Assembly (NCBI GenBank): GCA_032718475.1
Contig: JAUCBJ010005636.1
Span: 1 to 47,704, forward strand
Direction: 5' to 3'
Length of the DNA: 47,704 nucleotides
Origin: Nemertoderma westbladi
Taxonomy: Eukaryota > Animalia > Xenacoelomorpha
Part shown: piece by piece, positions 12,369 through 25,919 of the stretch
Layout: each line of letters begins with the position of its first letter
Position numbering within the stretch: the stretch's first letter is position 1
Position numbers and translations under genes: made by a program
The notes under the pieces: generated by a model
Told to the model about the DNA's origin: nothing
The model's input: the letters and a program-made list of their open reading frames with translations, nothing else
Database searches by the model: none

Positions 12369-12634
12369 CTCGTTATAGTTATCGATGAGGCACTTTATGA
12401 CATTCTTCAATATCTTAGTGTTTCCGTAATCATTTGCGGTCTCCGCCTTGTTGGTTCTAAACACATTCGGCGCTAAAATACGAGCGAGATTCTCCGAATC
12501 CATTTGATTTATATTTCTATTTTCAGCCACTTTTCTAAGATGTTCCAAGAGAATCTTGAGTGCGTTGAAGTTGTTTTCCGGCAGCTTGTATATCAGTCTA
12601 TGAATCTTCTTAAGACGATCCTTATCTTCCAGAT
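12369..12634 (-). CDS. Gene 1 exon, RhoGAP C-terminal half
   Basis: 266 bp, phase 1/0, CCCTAG acceptor and GTGAGT donor. Encodes IHRLIYKLPENNFNALKILLEHLRKVAENRNINQMDSENLARILAPNVFR. Confidence 0.95.
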
Positions 12635-13112
12635 CTAGGGAAATAAACCGAAACTATAAATGTGATTGACAAAATGAATGACACCATTGATTGTGTGTAA
12701 ATATAAAAAATACAATAATTTGACTCATTTGATTTTCGCTCCGTTTGCAGGAAATTAAAACTTTTTTTGTTATGGTTATATTTTTTTATCCTATTTTTCG
12801 GCGCTGTTTCCGAATATAGCAAAAGAATTCTACAATTAATTGTTTGTAATTAAAAATTGATAGTAATTTTTTAGCGAATGGTGGTTTGCTATACCATTTT
12901 CAAACATTGCGTGTAAGTTACAAAAGTTGTTAAACTCATACAGTGAAAACTTTTGAAAAACTGATTTCAGTTTTGGAATTACCATTGACTTTTACACTGG
13001 TGAAAAGAAAAAAAAATCGTCGAAATTATTTTTTTGCAAAGTAAGTCTAAAACCCCTCAAACGAACTGGCCTCTTATTTTTCTGCTTCTTTGGTTGACCA
13101 AATGGGCGTAGT

Positions 13113-13510
13113 ATAATTCTGCCGTCATAAGGTAGTACACCCTATCTCAAATTTATCGATTTTGAGGTTTTGATCGATTCTGGGCAAATCGGGGGTGCTA
13201 TTCGTCGACAGTAAAAACACCCTATGCAAAATTCCCTATTGTGATTCGCAAAACACCCTACCGATATTTATTCTCTCAGTGCTTAAGGCCATGCGAATGA
13301 AAATTTAATATTTTGATATCAAAAATGAATTCAAAATCGACAAAAAGACAAAAATGAAAAAAAATGAATATCAAATCTTTCCGAACATATACTGGCCATA
13401 ATCTCACGATTTTTGCTGATTCATTACAGCAAACCGCCAAAGTCTAAGTCCATTTATTCAAAACATGATTGTTTGCTATAGGGTGTTCTACCTACTGACG
13501 GCAGAATTGT
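13113..13510. mobile_element. MITE with ~33-bp TIRs
   Basis: ATAATTCTGCCGTCATAAGGTAGTACACCCTAT pairs with ATAGGGTGTTCTACCTACTGACGGCAGAATTGT. Confidence 0.65.
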
Positions 13511-13683
13511 AGGCCATGGTTGTTGTGGTTTATCGTACTTTGATTATATTCTTAAAAAGGTGATTGTATTCACAATACATATGGGCAAAATTGCCCTTAT
13601 CTATTGTGCGATTTGGACACTATAAACATTAAATGTAACAAATTTATGTAAATATTTTAGTGAAGAATTTATTGTATACTCAC

Positions 13684-13830
13684 TTGCTACTTTGATAAAG
13701 CTGTCATATAGCTCGTAAGTAAATAAGGGTTCCGGTAGGTTCCTTAGGTAAAGAAACAATGCCTTGGGCAATACATAATCAGCCACATTATTCGTATCAT
13801 CCCAATTATATTTGTGGTATTTGTCGGCAT
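13684..13830 (-). CDS. Gene 1 exon, RhoGAP middle
   Basis: 147 bp, phase 1/1, TTCTAG acceptor and GTGAGT donor. Encodes LPKALFLYLRNLPEPLFTYELYDSFIKVA. Confidence 0.95.
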
Positions 13831-13999
13831 CTAGAAAAACAATGTTTTCCACGATAATATTTACCTCTGAGATTATGTAAAGTGATTACATATGTAGAGT
13901 GAAGCAGTGATTGATAAGCAGTAGGCCTACTATTAGGACTACCGGCACCGGGGGAGGGTCCTGATCAAATACGCACTACTACAACTAACTATACTTCTA

Positions 14000-14360
14000 T
14001 ATTCGACCTGCAGCATTGCAGCTGCACAGTGAGATGCTATGTTGGCCTAAACTACAAAAATTGTGCCACCACCGTGCAAGCCACAATTGGCATGAACCAA
14101 CTCAGCGCGCATTAAGAATGTTAAGCGCAAGCCGGCTTATCGACAAAATTGTGCCGCCACAATTCCCTATCCCTAAATGACTTTCGCGAGATTATTATTT
14201 CAAGACCAGTGTCATTTAAGGGGCGTCTCAAGAAAGTCATGGGATGTCCACCATGCTTGATTTCTCCTCGAGGTTGCCAAAGTACGAGATTGTGCAGAGG
14301 GTGGTCCTCGCAGCGAAAGCACTGTCCTCAAAGCGGAGGCGGGGCTGCGTTCACATGTCG
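14000..14360 (-). mobile_element. Degenerate 3' fragment of the RTE family seen at 24384-25585
   Basis: Shares GCCGGCTT..GACAAAATTG.GCCGCCACAA and CGTCTCAAGAA.GTCATGGG.TGTCCACCATGC with 24430-24680. Confidence 0.7.
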
Positions 14361-14544
14361 AAGTTTTTTTTCTATTTTTTATTTTATTTATCAAGCGTAT
14401 TCCTATTTTTTTAACATGTCAAGTTTGGGGGGGGGGGGGGGTTGGGGTTAATGAAATTCATCCTTTATTTGTGGATACACCATCGCTAAAAAGGAAATGT
14501 ACATGTCGTGTGGGTCATGTACAGAAATAATGTTGAGGTTGTGC

Positions 14545-15649
14545 TAAAGGTCGCGCGCCTCAAAGCTGATAGTCCTGAAGAACGTGTTGGGAAATGAAAA
14601 GATCACTTCAGCAACTTGCTTGGGCAGCCACCAAACATCGAGGTCAGCCCTACAAGGAAAATATATGACAATATGCTACCTATAGAAACAGGGGACTTTA
14701 CAACCACCGAACTCCAAAGAAGCATTAAAAGCATGTCCAATCATACAGCGAGTGGAATAGATGAAATCCCTGCAGAATTAGAATTAGAATTAGAATTAGA
14801 CCTCACATAGAGAAACTGCCAAAAGAGCCAAAACGGATTTCGACCAAGTCAAAGAATCTCCCCGCTGTCCTGCCTTTTGTGGACTTCAAGAAAGCATACG
14901 ACTCAATACATAGAGATAAATTGCTGGAAATCATAAGAGCTTATAGAAAACCAGAGGTAATTGTGGCTGGGATTAGATTATTATATTGTGACACAGAAGC
15001 TCAGGTACTCTCACCAGATGGTGAAACTGAGTTCTTCTCAATCCTGGCTGGCGTACTGCAAGGTGACACATTAGCACCATTACTATTTGTAATTGTGCTG
15101 GATTACGCAATGAGGACGGCCACAAATGGTGAAGATCTTGGATTCAAACTACAAGAACGCAGAAGTAGTAGATATCCGGCAACTACAGTCACAGACACCG
15201 ACTTTGCGGATGACATCGCCCTGCTCTCTAATACGCTAGCAGATGCACAGCTTCTACTAAATAAAGTGGAGAGGGCTGCTAAGGAGGTTGGATTGCATAT
15301 AAATGCTACAAAGACCGAATTCATGACTTTTAATGTTAATGGAAACTTGACAACCATTGATAATAATCAACTAAGGAAGGTCGATGACTTCCAGTACCTT
15401 GGATCATGGATAGAGAGTAGCAAAAAAGACATCGAAGTTAGGAAAGCAAAGTCTTGGGTAGCTCTATCAAAAATGGATACCATCTGGAAATCAGATCTCT
15501 CCAGGCACCTGAAGACTAAGTTCTTTTGAGCCACAACAGTGGAGAAGACTACGAAGGGCAGCCCTAAACAACACCATGACAAACGCCAAGCTCTATCGTA
15601 CTTGGTACTATACGACCTGTATCAACCACCCTACATGAACGCAGATTAA
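14545..15649 (+). mobile_element. RTE-clade LINE fragment, RT domain, degenerate
   Basis: ORF 14879-15529 contains DFKKAYD, GVLQGDTLAP, DFADDI, GLHINATKT and FQYLGS. Internal deletions are present and it ends at a TTAA. Confidence 0.92.
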
Positions 15650-16250
15650 CCCTATTAACCCCGGGGGCTCAATATGACCCCCTCCCGTGATTTTGTGTTA
15701 TAACTCTGCAACAAATGCAGTTGGGAATGTGAAAGTTTACAACTTTTACTAAAATTATATTGTCTTTCTAGTAGTGAAAACGGTTTTCAAAAATAGTGGG
15801 AAGTTTTTCGAGTTATAGCACCATTTTTGAACCTTACTTTTGGCACTTTTTGGAGAAAAGTTTTGAGAAAAGAAAATTTGTTTTTTGGAAATTACATTTC
15901 AGTAAATATGATTTGTAACATCTCTATTTTTGTATATATATAATTATCTAACTAGACATATAAAACTTGTATTTTTCGGAAGTGGGTGAAAAATGTGGTG
16001 CTAGCACCAAATTTTGAATACTTGTTTTTTTTCATTTTTTTGCCTACGTAGAGGACTAAAACTGCCATTTATATTAATGAGATCATTTTTTAATATTTTC
16101 CAACGGATTCAGTGCCCCAGAAAACCTGTATTTAGCGGGCGTTAAATAAATTTTTTTCTAGTTCATATTTCGGATTCCGTAAATATGGAACACTTTCTTT
16201 AAACAACATTAATTTTTTTCCCTGTATTTATTATTTTTAAACTGTATAAA
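15650..16250. mobile_element. Possible piggyBac-like MITE left end
   Basis: TTAA|CCCT terminus exactly where RTE homology stops (the sister copy at 28364-28380 continues GCAGATTAAGATTC). No matching right end was found, so the extent is uncertain. Confidence 0.4.
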
Positions 16251-16691
16251 ACTTTCTACAGAACACTATGTTTATAATTTAGCACTTTATGGCCATGCCG
16301 CTCACCACAGGGTGGTTTGTGAGAGAGGATTAATACTCTCACACATAAATAAATAAGTTTATGCCGTGTGTGTGGGTTGGCAGTAATAATACTGCCGATC
16401 CTCTCACACCAAGCGAGGTATATAATTATGACGTTAGTTAATTATATCAGGGCATGATGTACTATAGTCCTATTCTAATGATATGCATCATCAAATCAGG
16501 TACTGAAACATATAGAACCAGTGGAACCATGTTGTTGAAGCTGTGACACAATTCTTAAAATTGGTAAAATAATGTGCGTCCCAGCATATTTTTACCCTTT
16601 GGATTATAACCTTTGAATGGAATCCAGCCTTCACACCAAAGCCACGTGGGGCGAAATGTATGCATTGTAAGTAACATGATCATCTACATAC

Positions 16692-16881
16692 CCATGCATT
16701 TGTATAAACATCCAGTGACCATGCCGATGGTTCCCGGAAGTTCCCTGTAGACCCCGGATAAGTTAATATCCCGATTTTCTATTGTAGCTATGCATTTGTC
16801 CATAAATTGCTTTCCATTATTATCGTCCAGAAAACACTTCCTCGTTAATTCTTCCTGAATGGTAGTTTTCAAGTCTTCACG
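16692..16881 (-). CDS. Gene 1 exon, RhoGAP N-terminal part with arginine finger
   Basis: 190 bp, phase 0/1, TTATAG acceptor and GTATGT donor. Encodes FMDKCIATIENRDINLSGVYRELPG (GRAF pattern KCIxxVExRGIxxxGLYR). Confidence 0.93.
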
Positions 16882-17636
16882 CTATAAATATAATGGAAAC
16901 AATGTTACGGGATTATCCTATATGTATTTTGTTAACCCAGAAACCAATATATCACCCTATTAGCCATCAACCGTATAACGGCAGCAATTATGAAGGGTGT
17001 TACCTGGAAAGGTCAAGGTAGCAATAGGGCCCAGCGGTCAAACCAAGATGTATCACGTGGTTGCGCTATCTATCATATTGTCATACAGTATACGTATTAT
17101 TGTGCATACAGTATCATATATACACCATGACCCGTAATATACTGTTTTCATTTTCTGATGACACGGACCCCCCCCCCCCCCCCCCCCAAATTTTTCTACA
17201 AATCTTTATCATATTGCTTGAACTTTGAAACATAACTAGTTCAACTCACCGTGGTTGACCACATGAAGCCGGAATTTTTATGGGCGTTTTAAAAAAGTGT
17301 CTTTTGCGAAATCGCACCCTCCGTATCGTGGCCATTCTTCACATTAGTCGTACAGTGGCCTGGTAATGCATTCAATAGAAAGGGCCAACTAACAAAGAAG
17401 TACTTTCTGTGCCAAGTATTATCACTCTACTCTACAACCCAGACAGTAAGCAAGCATTAACTGGTTTAGCTGGCTATTATTACAGTCTCAGCTGAATAAC
17501 TCTTCCCAATTTTAAATTAATTGCGGCGCAAGCTAAATGACTGTTAGTTACACAGTGTGTTGGATACACAGTGTATTGTACTATGCTCTCATTGCATTAT
17601 TGTTTTATTTTGAAATCTTTGCGCCAACATTAATAC

Positions 17637-18115
17637 TGTGGAGGCTGTATGCTTATAAGGCTGAATGTTTACTCAGCCTCATAATGGTTCTCCATAAGAC
17701 TAACATTATAGTTTGAAATATAAAAATCTGTTATAATAATAATATAATTGTTGTATTTAATTAATATCGTGGTTTACATTGAACAGTGTAAATTGTTAAT
17801 CGCGGTTTACATTGAAACATCTCAACTTGTTTTATTTATTACAAAAATAAGAACGAATTTGTCTTATCATTTCTTGTACGCGATTGTATTGCATTCATGA
17901 CAACTACTGTTATTATTATTAATCAATTGACACCTCGACTCCTCTCTGAGACTCCGACTACTCTATCCGATAGAATAAAATAATCATTTCGCTAACTGTT
18001 CTCTATCTTCTATAATCACAACAGCTTTTATAATTCATTGGATGATTACAACATAATAATTATAGTTTGATGTTGTCTAGAAAATTTCTCGTACACCACC
18101 GGGACTACCCTCACA
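17637..18115. mobile_element. LTR-like repeat copy 1 (TG...CA), flanks not duplicated
   Basis: About 480-bp direct repeat of 19992-20462 with TGTG...CACA termini. Flanks are ATAC / CTCA. Confidence 0.7.
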
Positions 18116-19760
18116 CTCAAACATGATGACGCTCTCCATCACTTTGCTAACTACGTATATACTGTCAATTGGACGATAGGACCTGTGTGATAGGGGCATT
18201 CCTCCCTTTTCCTTTATATAAGCTTGAAATAATTGTATACCCTAAGGTCTCAGGGACTTCGCCTAGTCTGAAGCATGTGTTGATAATGTCGGCCAGTACA
18301 TTACAAATAAGTCCTCATCGAGACACATTATGTGTTCCACTACAAGTGAGTTGATGTCTCCAGATTTTCCTTCTGCAAGAGCCATTGTGGCGCGCTTTAT
18401 GGTTGTCGGTGATATTACAGGGAGTGTAGATTCTGTACATCTGTTTTGTAGATCAGACACCAGCTTGTCCATATTGTTGTCATACACTGCGTACTTTATA
18501 TTCGAAGCTGTTAAATTGTTTAGTATGTCGGTTTGAACTGAATCCGGTGGTTTATTGGCTTTTTTATCATTGAAAGCGCCCCAGAAGGCCTTAGGGTTAT
18601 TCCTAAAGGTATTCGCCTTCCTCTTGATATTACCTGATGTCAGTGACTTCAGCAGCCAGTTCTTTAGTCTGCGGACAGAACGACGAGATTCCTTGTAAGC
18701 TACACCATATAGACTAGTTTCATTCTTGTCGTCTGTGCGCCATAGCTCGAATAGTTTCCGGTATGATCTGTCTTTGAGTAAAGCTGACCGTATTCGAATG
18801 TTCTTGGTTTTGCGCAATTTCCTAATTAATGGTAGAAAAATCTTCGCTGCACCATAAATACTATTTTGGACTCCGGAGACAAATTCTGTTAAGTTGTTGA
18901 GATCCCAGTTGATTGGCAACACACCCACTGAGTCATACATCCCCTTCACCTCGCTTTGGACCTTTTGTTGATATAAAAATAGGTGCTCATCAGTTACCTT
19001 GCCCCATGCAACCTTGATTGGTGGTGGTAGTTTTCTATACATTCCTGATATCTTTCTGGTATCTTTAAATTCATATTTTGTCTTGAACTACTTAAATTTA
19101 AAGTTAGCCAAGAGTGGGACATGGTCAGATTGGCATAGTGCATCATCAGAGCCAATGGTGCCGTTGACTAAACATTGATAACCTAGATTATTGGATATCA
19201 TGAGATCAATGTATGAGTTTCCATGTCCACGAAATGTGACACATGGGCCTGTAAATTTGGGGAAGGTGTCTACTGCGATGGGATTATTTTCATTAAGAAA
19301 CCGTGAAGCCTGTCGCCTCGAGAGGTAGGATGATGCCTACATTTACGTGGTCCTTGTAGAGGTCCAAGGTCGCAGTTGGTGTCGGACAACATGATAGGAA
19401 TTACAGTCTCATAAGAGTTAATTAGGTTTGTTAATCGCGTTAAGAAGTTCTGGAAGGTTACAGAGGATTTTGAAGAATCAGGAGCATAGCACGAAAGCAC
19501 AAGCACAGATTGGCTGCAGTCTGAGGATGCATAGATTCTCCTACTATATCATCTCCGCTAGATACCTTAGTGGCATTGTTGAAGGTTTCTCTTCTGTACC
19601 AGAGTGAAGTACCACCAGCACCTCTAACTCGGTTTGGGTTGCACATTAACTTGCTGATAGTATATACACATTCAAACTGTTTATGTAGATTAATATTTGG
19701 CCCTATTGAATGCATTACCAGACCATCTCTATACATTTTACATGAGTGCCAGCTGGTGTT
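18116..19760 (-). mobile_element. LINE ORF2 fragment (APE endonuclease, linker, start of RT), truncated at the LTR
   Basis: Motifs SCYAP, YIDL, SDHVP, NPKAFW and SYRPIDSIYVVSKVMES, with frameshifts and stops. Confidence 0.8.
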
Positions 19761-19991
19761 TTTTTTTATCATTGCGCCTATGGCAATTTTCGTGTTTTGG
19801 GGCATTTTTCGAAATAAAACAAGTTGAGATGTTTCAATTTAAACCGCGATTTCACAAGTACCCATATAAATCTATTTTCATGGTCCATGCAAAATTTCAT
19901 CAAATTCTTTAGCGCCGTTTTTGCTCTGGGTCAGTAGCCAGTAGTCAGTAGCTTTTTTTTATTACAGTAATCAATTCTTACGACTTGCTAA

Positions 19992-20462
19992 TGTGGAGGC
20001 CTTATGTTGATAAGGCTGAATGTTTACTCAGCCTCATAATGATTCTCCATAAGGCTAACATTATAGTTTGAAATATAAAAATCTGTTATAATAATAATAT
20101 AATTGTTGTATTTAATTAATATCGTGGTTTACATTGAACAGTGTAAATTGTTAATCGCAGATTACATTGAAACATCTCAAGTTGTTTTATTTATTACAAA
20201 AATAAGAACGAATTTGTCTTATCACTTCTTGTACGCGATTGTATTTCATTCATGACAACTGCTGTTATTGTTATTAATCAATTGACACCTCGACTCCACT
20301 CTGACTACTCTATCCGATAGAACAAAATAATCATTTCGCTAACTGCTCTCTATCTTCTATAATCACAATAGCTTTTACAATTCATTAGATGATTACAACA
20401 TAATAATTATAGTTTGATGTTGTCTAGAAAATTTCTCGTACACCACCGGGACTACCCTCACA
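19992..20462. mobile_element. Solo LTR (copy 2) with 4-bp TSD CTAA
   Basis: CTAA|TGTGGAGG...CCCTCACA|CTAA. Confidence 0.75.
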
Positions 20463-20528
20463 CTAATTTATTATCAGACAGAACAAAAAGCTTTTACTTG
20501 ACTCGTACTGTCTCCTACGACTTGCCTC

Positions 20529-20553
20529 ACGGGCTGCTAGGCCCGTCTCTAGT
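20529..20553 (+). mobile_element. Helitron-type 3' terminus (hairpin + CTAG|T)
   Basis: ACGGGC-tgctag-GCCCGT hairpin followed by CTCTAGT. The element may begin near 19815. Confidence 0.45.
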
Positions 20554-22988
20554 TTTAATGTAAATCTCCTTCATATATAGCCCGTTATAGTCATTTAATT
20601 TAATTTTTTAATCATTTAATTTTAATTTACATAACAGACATTACAGAATATAATGGTGTATGGGCCTACTGCACAAATAAACTAATATTTATGTAGCTCA
20701 GTATATCTACAGTTTAAGGCACATAGCATAGCTAGTGCGTGACTCAAACTGCAACATATATAAATAGTAATGAATGTAAGTATTTATAGTATTATGATTA
20801 AGGTATTCCAGGAAATTATGTTTCAATGTTAAAATTTGAATGGAAAAAAAATATATATATATATTTGTCAGAAACTGCCAAAGTTGCCCTAGTATAGGTG
20901 GTTTGGTTATTATAGCCTGTTTTAGACAAGTTATAACCCGTTATATATCGTTATAGACCGTTATAGATCGTATCTACCTTTTAGTACAGTATGTACCTTA
21001 CCTAAAGCAATCGATTACTCACACCTAAGTTGCAACTATCTAATCCTAAAATGTAATTAGTAGTATGCAAATACTTAGAACCAATCAGAAGCCTTATCTA
21101 ACTAAGCCAATCACAGATTAGATTAGCTTTCTCAATGTAAGTGGGCGAGATATATGATTTACGGATTAATGTATACTTCAGTTATTCATTGCTATGGCGT
21201 AGACCTACCGTATGTAGCCAATGCATTGTTACTACGATACGAAGACCTACTTTTAGTATTCAGTTTGTGCGGCGCCATTATTGCTTCGCACAAGCCCGGA
21301 CTCCGGGGCATTAAATGATTATCTGTCTATTACTTACTTTTTTATAATGTTGTTTTATTATATTATGCATTATTCATTCATTCATTTCATTTATTAAACC
21401 GGGCCATGGCCCATATATATATATATATATATGACTACCTACATAATAGCACAATTATTGATTACTTTACATATTATATTTATGTAATCACAACACAACG
21501 TGGTAAATAAATAATACTGTATGTATACATTATGTAAATGCATAATGTAAATACATTATACTGTATGTGAAGTTAAAGCTGAGTTTTCACAAAAACTCCT
21601 TCGACCAGTAATTCCTTACGGTTTCAAATATCGCTTGTATCTAGGTCCAAACAACTCAAACTAAGTATACTACCCTAGATCCCATAACAACAATAGGCAG
21701 GTTAATAATAATGAATACAGTACGAAGAGGACAGCCATACGTAATACAGATTTCTCTGTTGTATAGCTCATCTTTTCGGTACATCCTAAAAGGGCAAACG
21801 AGCTGAAACGAGCTGTGAAAACTTAATAATATTAGATCCTAGGCATCTTAGATATCGGGTGCGAACTTACATGATTACTCCACCCCAAGAAATTTTGTGG
21901 AATTTCTTAGGTTAGAGGGTGTTCTTAGATTAGAGCCTTATGACTTAGGGTTAGGGTTACATGACAGTTTTAATTAGGGTTTGGGGACGTCATTTCACTT
22001 TGTATTAGGGTTTCGGACCGCAACTCTCGAATTCTGGTGTGAAAATGCTCTGGGGGGGGGGGGGGGGGGGCACATTTTCGCCTGTGACACCGGTAAGTCA
22101 CCATTTTGTTACTTTCAGTATTTGCTATGTTTGTTGTTTGTAAATGTGGTGTCTTTCATTAGTTTGTAGGCCTATTGACATTATAGATATAATTTATACA
22201 ATGCACCACTTAGCATCTTTCACATCCTTAGCCGCTAGCCTAGCCAGTTGCCTAGCTGCCTGCCCACTGTTACTACAGTACTACTAGCTTGAAGCAATGA
22301 TGCTGACCTTAGGCTGCTGCTACTGCTGCATCGCACCGCACACCGGGCTTGAGACTCAACTACCTGTGGGCCGCTACTCGCATGGTGTATTATCTGTGGG
22401 GAGGTATATCCGCCAGTTCTCCACAGTCGGACCCCATATGACCCATAGCCCATAGCGGTCATTAACCCCGACAGAATTAGCATAATTGTCATTATGTACT
22501 AATCCAGTAAGCAACCGAGGGTGCACTCTCTATAGCCGAGTGGGGGTACTTTTTCATAATAACTAATAATCACGAACGTAAGTAGTAGTAAGTGAGTAAG
22601 TAAATTTAAGTAAGTAAATAAGTATGTAGTAGTTAATTGTGCAAATGTGGATCGGTTTATTTAAATTTATCATAATTTAGAATCAAATTCAAATATTTTT
22701 ACATATTTGGAATCCTTGCACGGACAGCTTTGTTTCAAATTTCATGCAATCTCATTACGATTTGTAGAAAAATTTGGGGGGGGGCAGGTACCTGAATAAC
22801 GACACTATATCCCAGGACCAGGACCAGGGGGGGGGGGGGGGTGGGGGCAGGTACCTGAATAACGACACTATATCCCAGGACATGGTATATGCGGTAGTAT
22901 GATCTGTGACTATTCTTATTTGTATTATTTTGACAGTTCATGGAGGAAAGATAAATAAAAATAATTATATAATCTTAATCCTACTTAC

Positions 22989-23236
22989 TGCCTGTTGACC
23001 GTCCATTGCTTCAATCCATTCTATCCGGTCTTTGTTACTCAGTGCTTGCAGTGTCATTGTATCGTGTCTTGAATCGGATATAACAAAACAGAATCGTTTA
23101 CCACCCATTTCCTCTCGCTCTTTTCCAATACAAGAGGAAACCATCAGAGTTGTGGGTTCAGTATTAAAGGATCTTGTTGCAAATTTTTTAGTCTCCTTGT
23201 TGTATGTACAATAGATTTTCGTAGATGTTCGGGCAG
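22989..23236 (-). CDS. Gene 1 exon, PH domain
   Basis: 248 bp, phase 1/0, CTGCAG acceptor and GTAAGT donor. Encodes KIYCTYNKE..KRFCFVI..TLQALSNKDRIEWIEAMDG, matching the GRAF/oligophrenin PH signatures YCTY, KRFCF and QALSxxDRxxWxxAMDG. Confidence 0.95.
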
Positions 23237-24383
23237 CTGCAGATGCAATATAATATATACTGTATCTACCTGAAGATATTCGCGAATTACGATTAAGATG
23301 CGATTAAGATAACGCGAGTTAGGTGCTTTTGGTTACATGCTTAGGCCTACTGTACCTTTGGCTTTGGAGATGTGATGTGGCGATTTTCTATGGCATATTT
23401 TCATAAAAAATAAAATGAACATTATTTCACCGAAAAAAATTTGTTTCCTATAAGAAAGATATAAACAACGCAAACAACGTACTAACAACGTAAATGAAAT
23501 CAGCTCACTCGTAGTCCCTAGCGAGAATTCCAGCAGTGGGCTTCCTTAATACATTGATAAATTAGTATAAATTATAACATATTGACATTTAGATTTTTTT
23601 GACAATTTTGCACAGGAAGGTTTAAACTGTGAATGCATTTCATTTGGAATTTGTAATTCATATTTTTCGTCTTTTTTTAACCAATTGGTTTGAAATTTTC
23701 AGTAAATTGTCTTGATATGTTAACCAATAAAGGATTTCAAGACAGGATTTTGAAACTTAGAGTGGAAGTTGTGGTTTGGGCCGATAATTTGGAAAAATAA
23801 AAAAATATTGTTTCATTGGTAAGTTTATACTTCTGATCAAAATTTCAAAATTATTGATTGGTCAACATTTCAAGATCATTGACTAAAAATAAAAAAAAAG
23901 GATTGGTGGGTAGTATTTGTATTAAAAATCATAAAAATTTAAATAAAATTTACCAGAAATTTAAATTGTCCCTGAAAATCAACACAAGTTGTAACTAATA
24001 CATAATTTCATATAGAATCAAAACTCTCTTAATCTTCCAAAAACTGTGGAGGTGTCTCCAAAAGATGACCCCCCCCCCCCCCCCCCTTTAAGAATATTTC
24101 TAATGTTATTTAATATATAATATAAATAAAATTAATATTAAAATTTTCTTTACAATTCCTATGCATTTCAAACTAAAAGTTTTCTTTAGGTAATAAATAA
24201 AATATTTTTCAAATATTTAATAATATCTATATACAACTACTTTACTTACTCTAAATAAGAAATTCCAACCATTACCTGGTTGGAATGAACACATTCGCGT
24301 TTTAAAATAGATGCCATGTTCTGTCATGATGTGTGGAAGGCGGTGGGTAGACCATCTACAGCTAATAATTATATTTTCCATTT

Positions 24384-25585
24384 ACTACTACTACAAGGAT
24401 CGGCATGCTGTATTGCAGCTTCATTTTTAAGAATGCTGTGCCGGCTTGTTGACAAAATTGCGCCGCCACAACTTCCTATCAACCATCACATTTACTAGAT
24501 CATTCAAGTCATTGAGACTTGATCCTTACTAGATCATTCTTCAAGGTGAGTGTCCTTTAAGATGCGTCTCAAGAAGGTCATGGGCTGTCCACCATGCCTA
24601 TTCAATCCATGAGGCTGCCAAAGCACAAGATTACGCACTGGCTGTTCCTCACGGCGAAAACAATGTCCAGCAAAGCGGAGGCGGCTTTGTTCTAGTGTCA
24701 AGCTTGGGGGAACCAATGAGACTCCTCCAATGTTATATAGTGTCTGGTGGGAGATGTGTGCGCTGTACTTGACACAGTGAACCTGGTGTATAATTTTTGT
24801 GAATGTGCCATCCAGAAATTTGGTGTCCTCGTCAGTTAGAGCCCAGCATGGATTCCCATAGAGGAGTACTGGAACTACTGCTGCTCTAAATAATCGGACC
24901 CTAAGTTTTCCGATTAATTCAATGTGATATCCAAATCCTTGAAGGCCCATTCAAGGTTGCCGATTCCTTTCCCTTACGCATTCGAAGGTCCTCACCTGAC
25001 TTCCGGATCCATGATCCCAGGTAACAGAAGTCATCCATAAGTTCAAGCATACCATCCTTTGAGCTTATGCTCATCCGGTCAGAGACTTGCTGAGGACTTT
25101 AAAAGTTAACTGTCAAAATTTTGGTCTTTTTGGAGTTAATAAAAAGACCAACACTAGAAGCAGCCCGTTCTAATGAGCTGAGGATCCTAGAAAGTCTAGA
25201 TCAGTTATCAGTTAGGTACTTGGCAGGATTTCCTCGACTTCTGGAGCCAGTAGGTGGAATTACCATCATCCAATTCCATCCTATCATCCCATCATCAATA
25301 TGATGATCTAAGGACATGCGTAGAACATAGTCAACCACAATTATGAACAAGAATGGCGCAAGTGTGTCTCCTTGGAGGACGCCCCATAACACTTCAAATG
25401 GTTCTGTGTCACCATCAACAGTAGACACAAATGTTGTCGAACCATCGTATACTGATCTGATTGCTGCAATAATTTCATCAGGAATCCCATATAATGAAAG
25501 TATGCTGAACATACGTGCGCGAGAGACTGAATCAAAGAGGCCTTGAAGAAGTCAATAAAGATAACAGCCAGATGCCTGTCTTTCT
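24384..25585 (-). mobile_element. 5'-truncated RTE-clade LINE with (TAG)n tail
   Basis: GVLQGDTLAPFLF, LFRAAVVPVLLYG and RLRFAGHC motifs. Near-identical to 45685-46350 in opposite orientation. Confidence 0.92.
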
Positions 25586-25919
25586 TTTTTTGATTACCCT
25601 ATTAATCGGTGATACCAGTGTTATCCGTTATGAACTGCAAAGTATACTTAATTATATATCCTCCTATTAGTACTGTTTGTAATTAGCCCGAACTTCTCTG
25701 TTTTTTTTTTAATTTATTTTATTCGCTCTCTTAATTTTGTGCTAAAAGTGTAACATATGTTTATATTTGTGTACGAATATAAGAAATAATAATAATACCA
25801 GTATTACTGTATTATGGAATACGGGAACGACAAGGACGTTTGTCTGATCGCTTCTGAAAGTACAAATAACGTGACAACGGTTATAATAAGCATTATAAAG
25901 GAATTATTAGTTCGCGGTA

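Noticed and set aside
17637-20462. Intact LTR retrotransposon
   Set aside because: No gag/pol or outer TSD, the interior is LINE-derived, and copy 2 has its own TSD.
22235-22492. 85-aa ORF in a GC-richer patch
   Set aside because: No recognisable motif or splice-phase fit to the host gene. Probably a decayed repeat.
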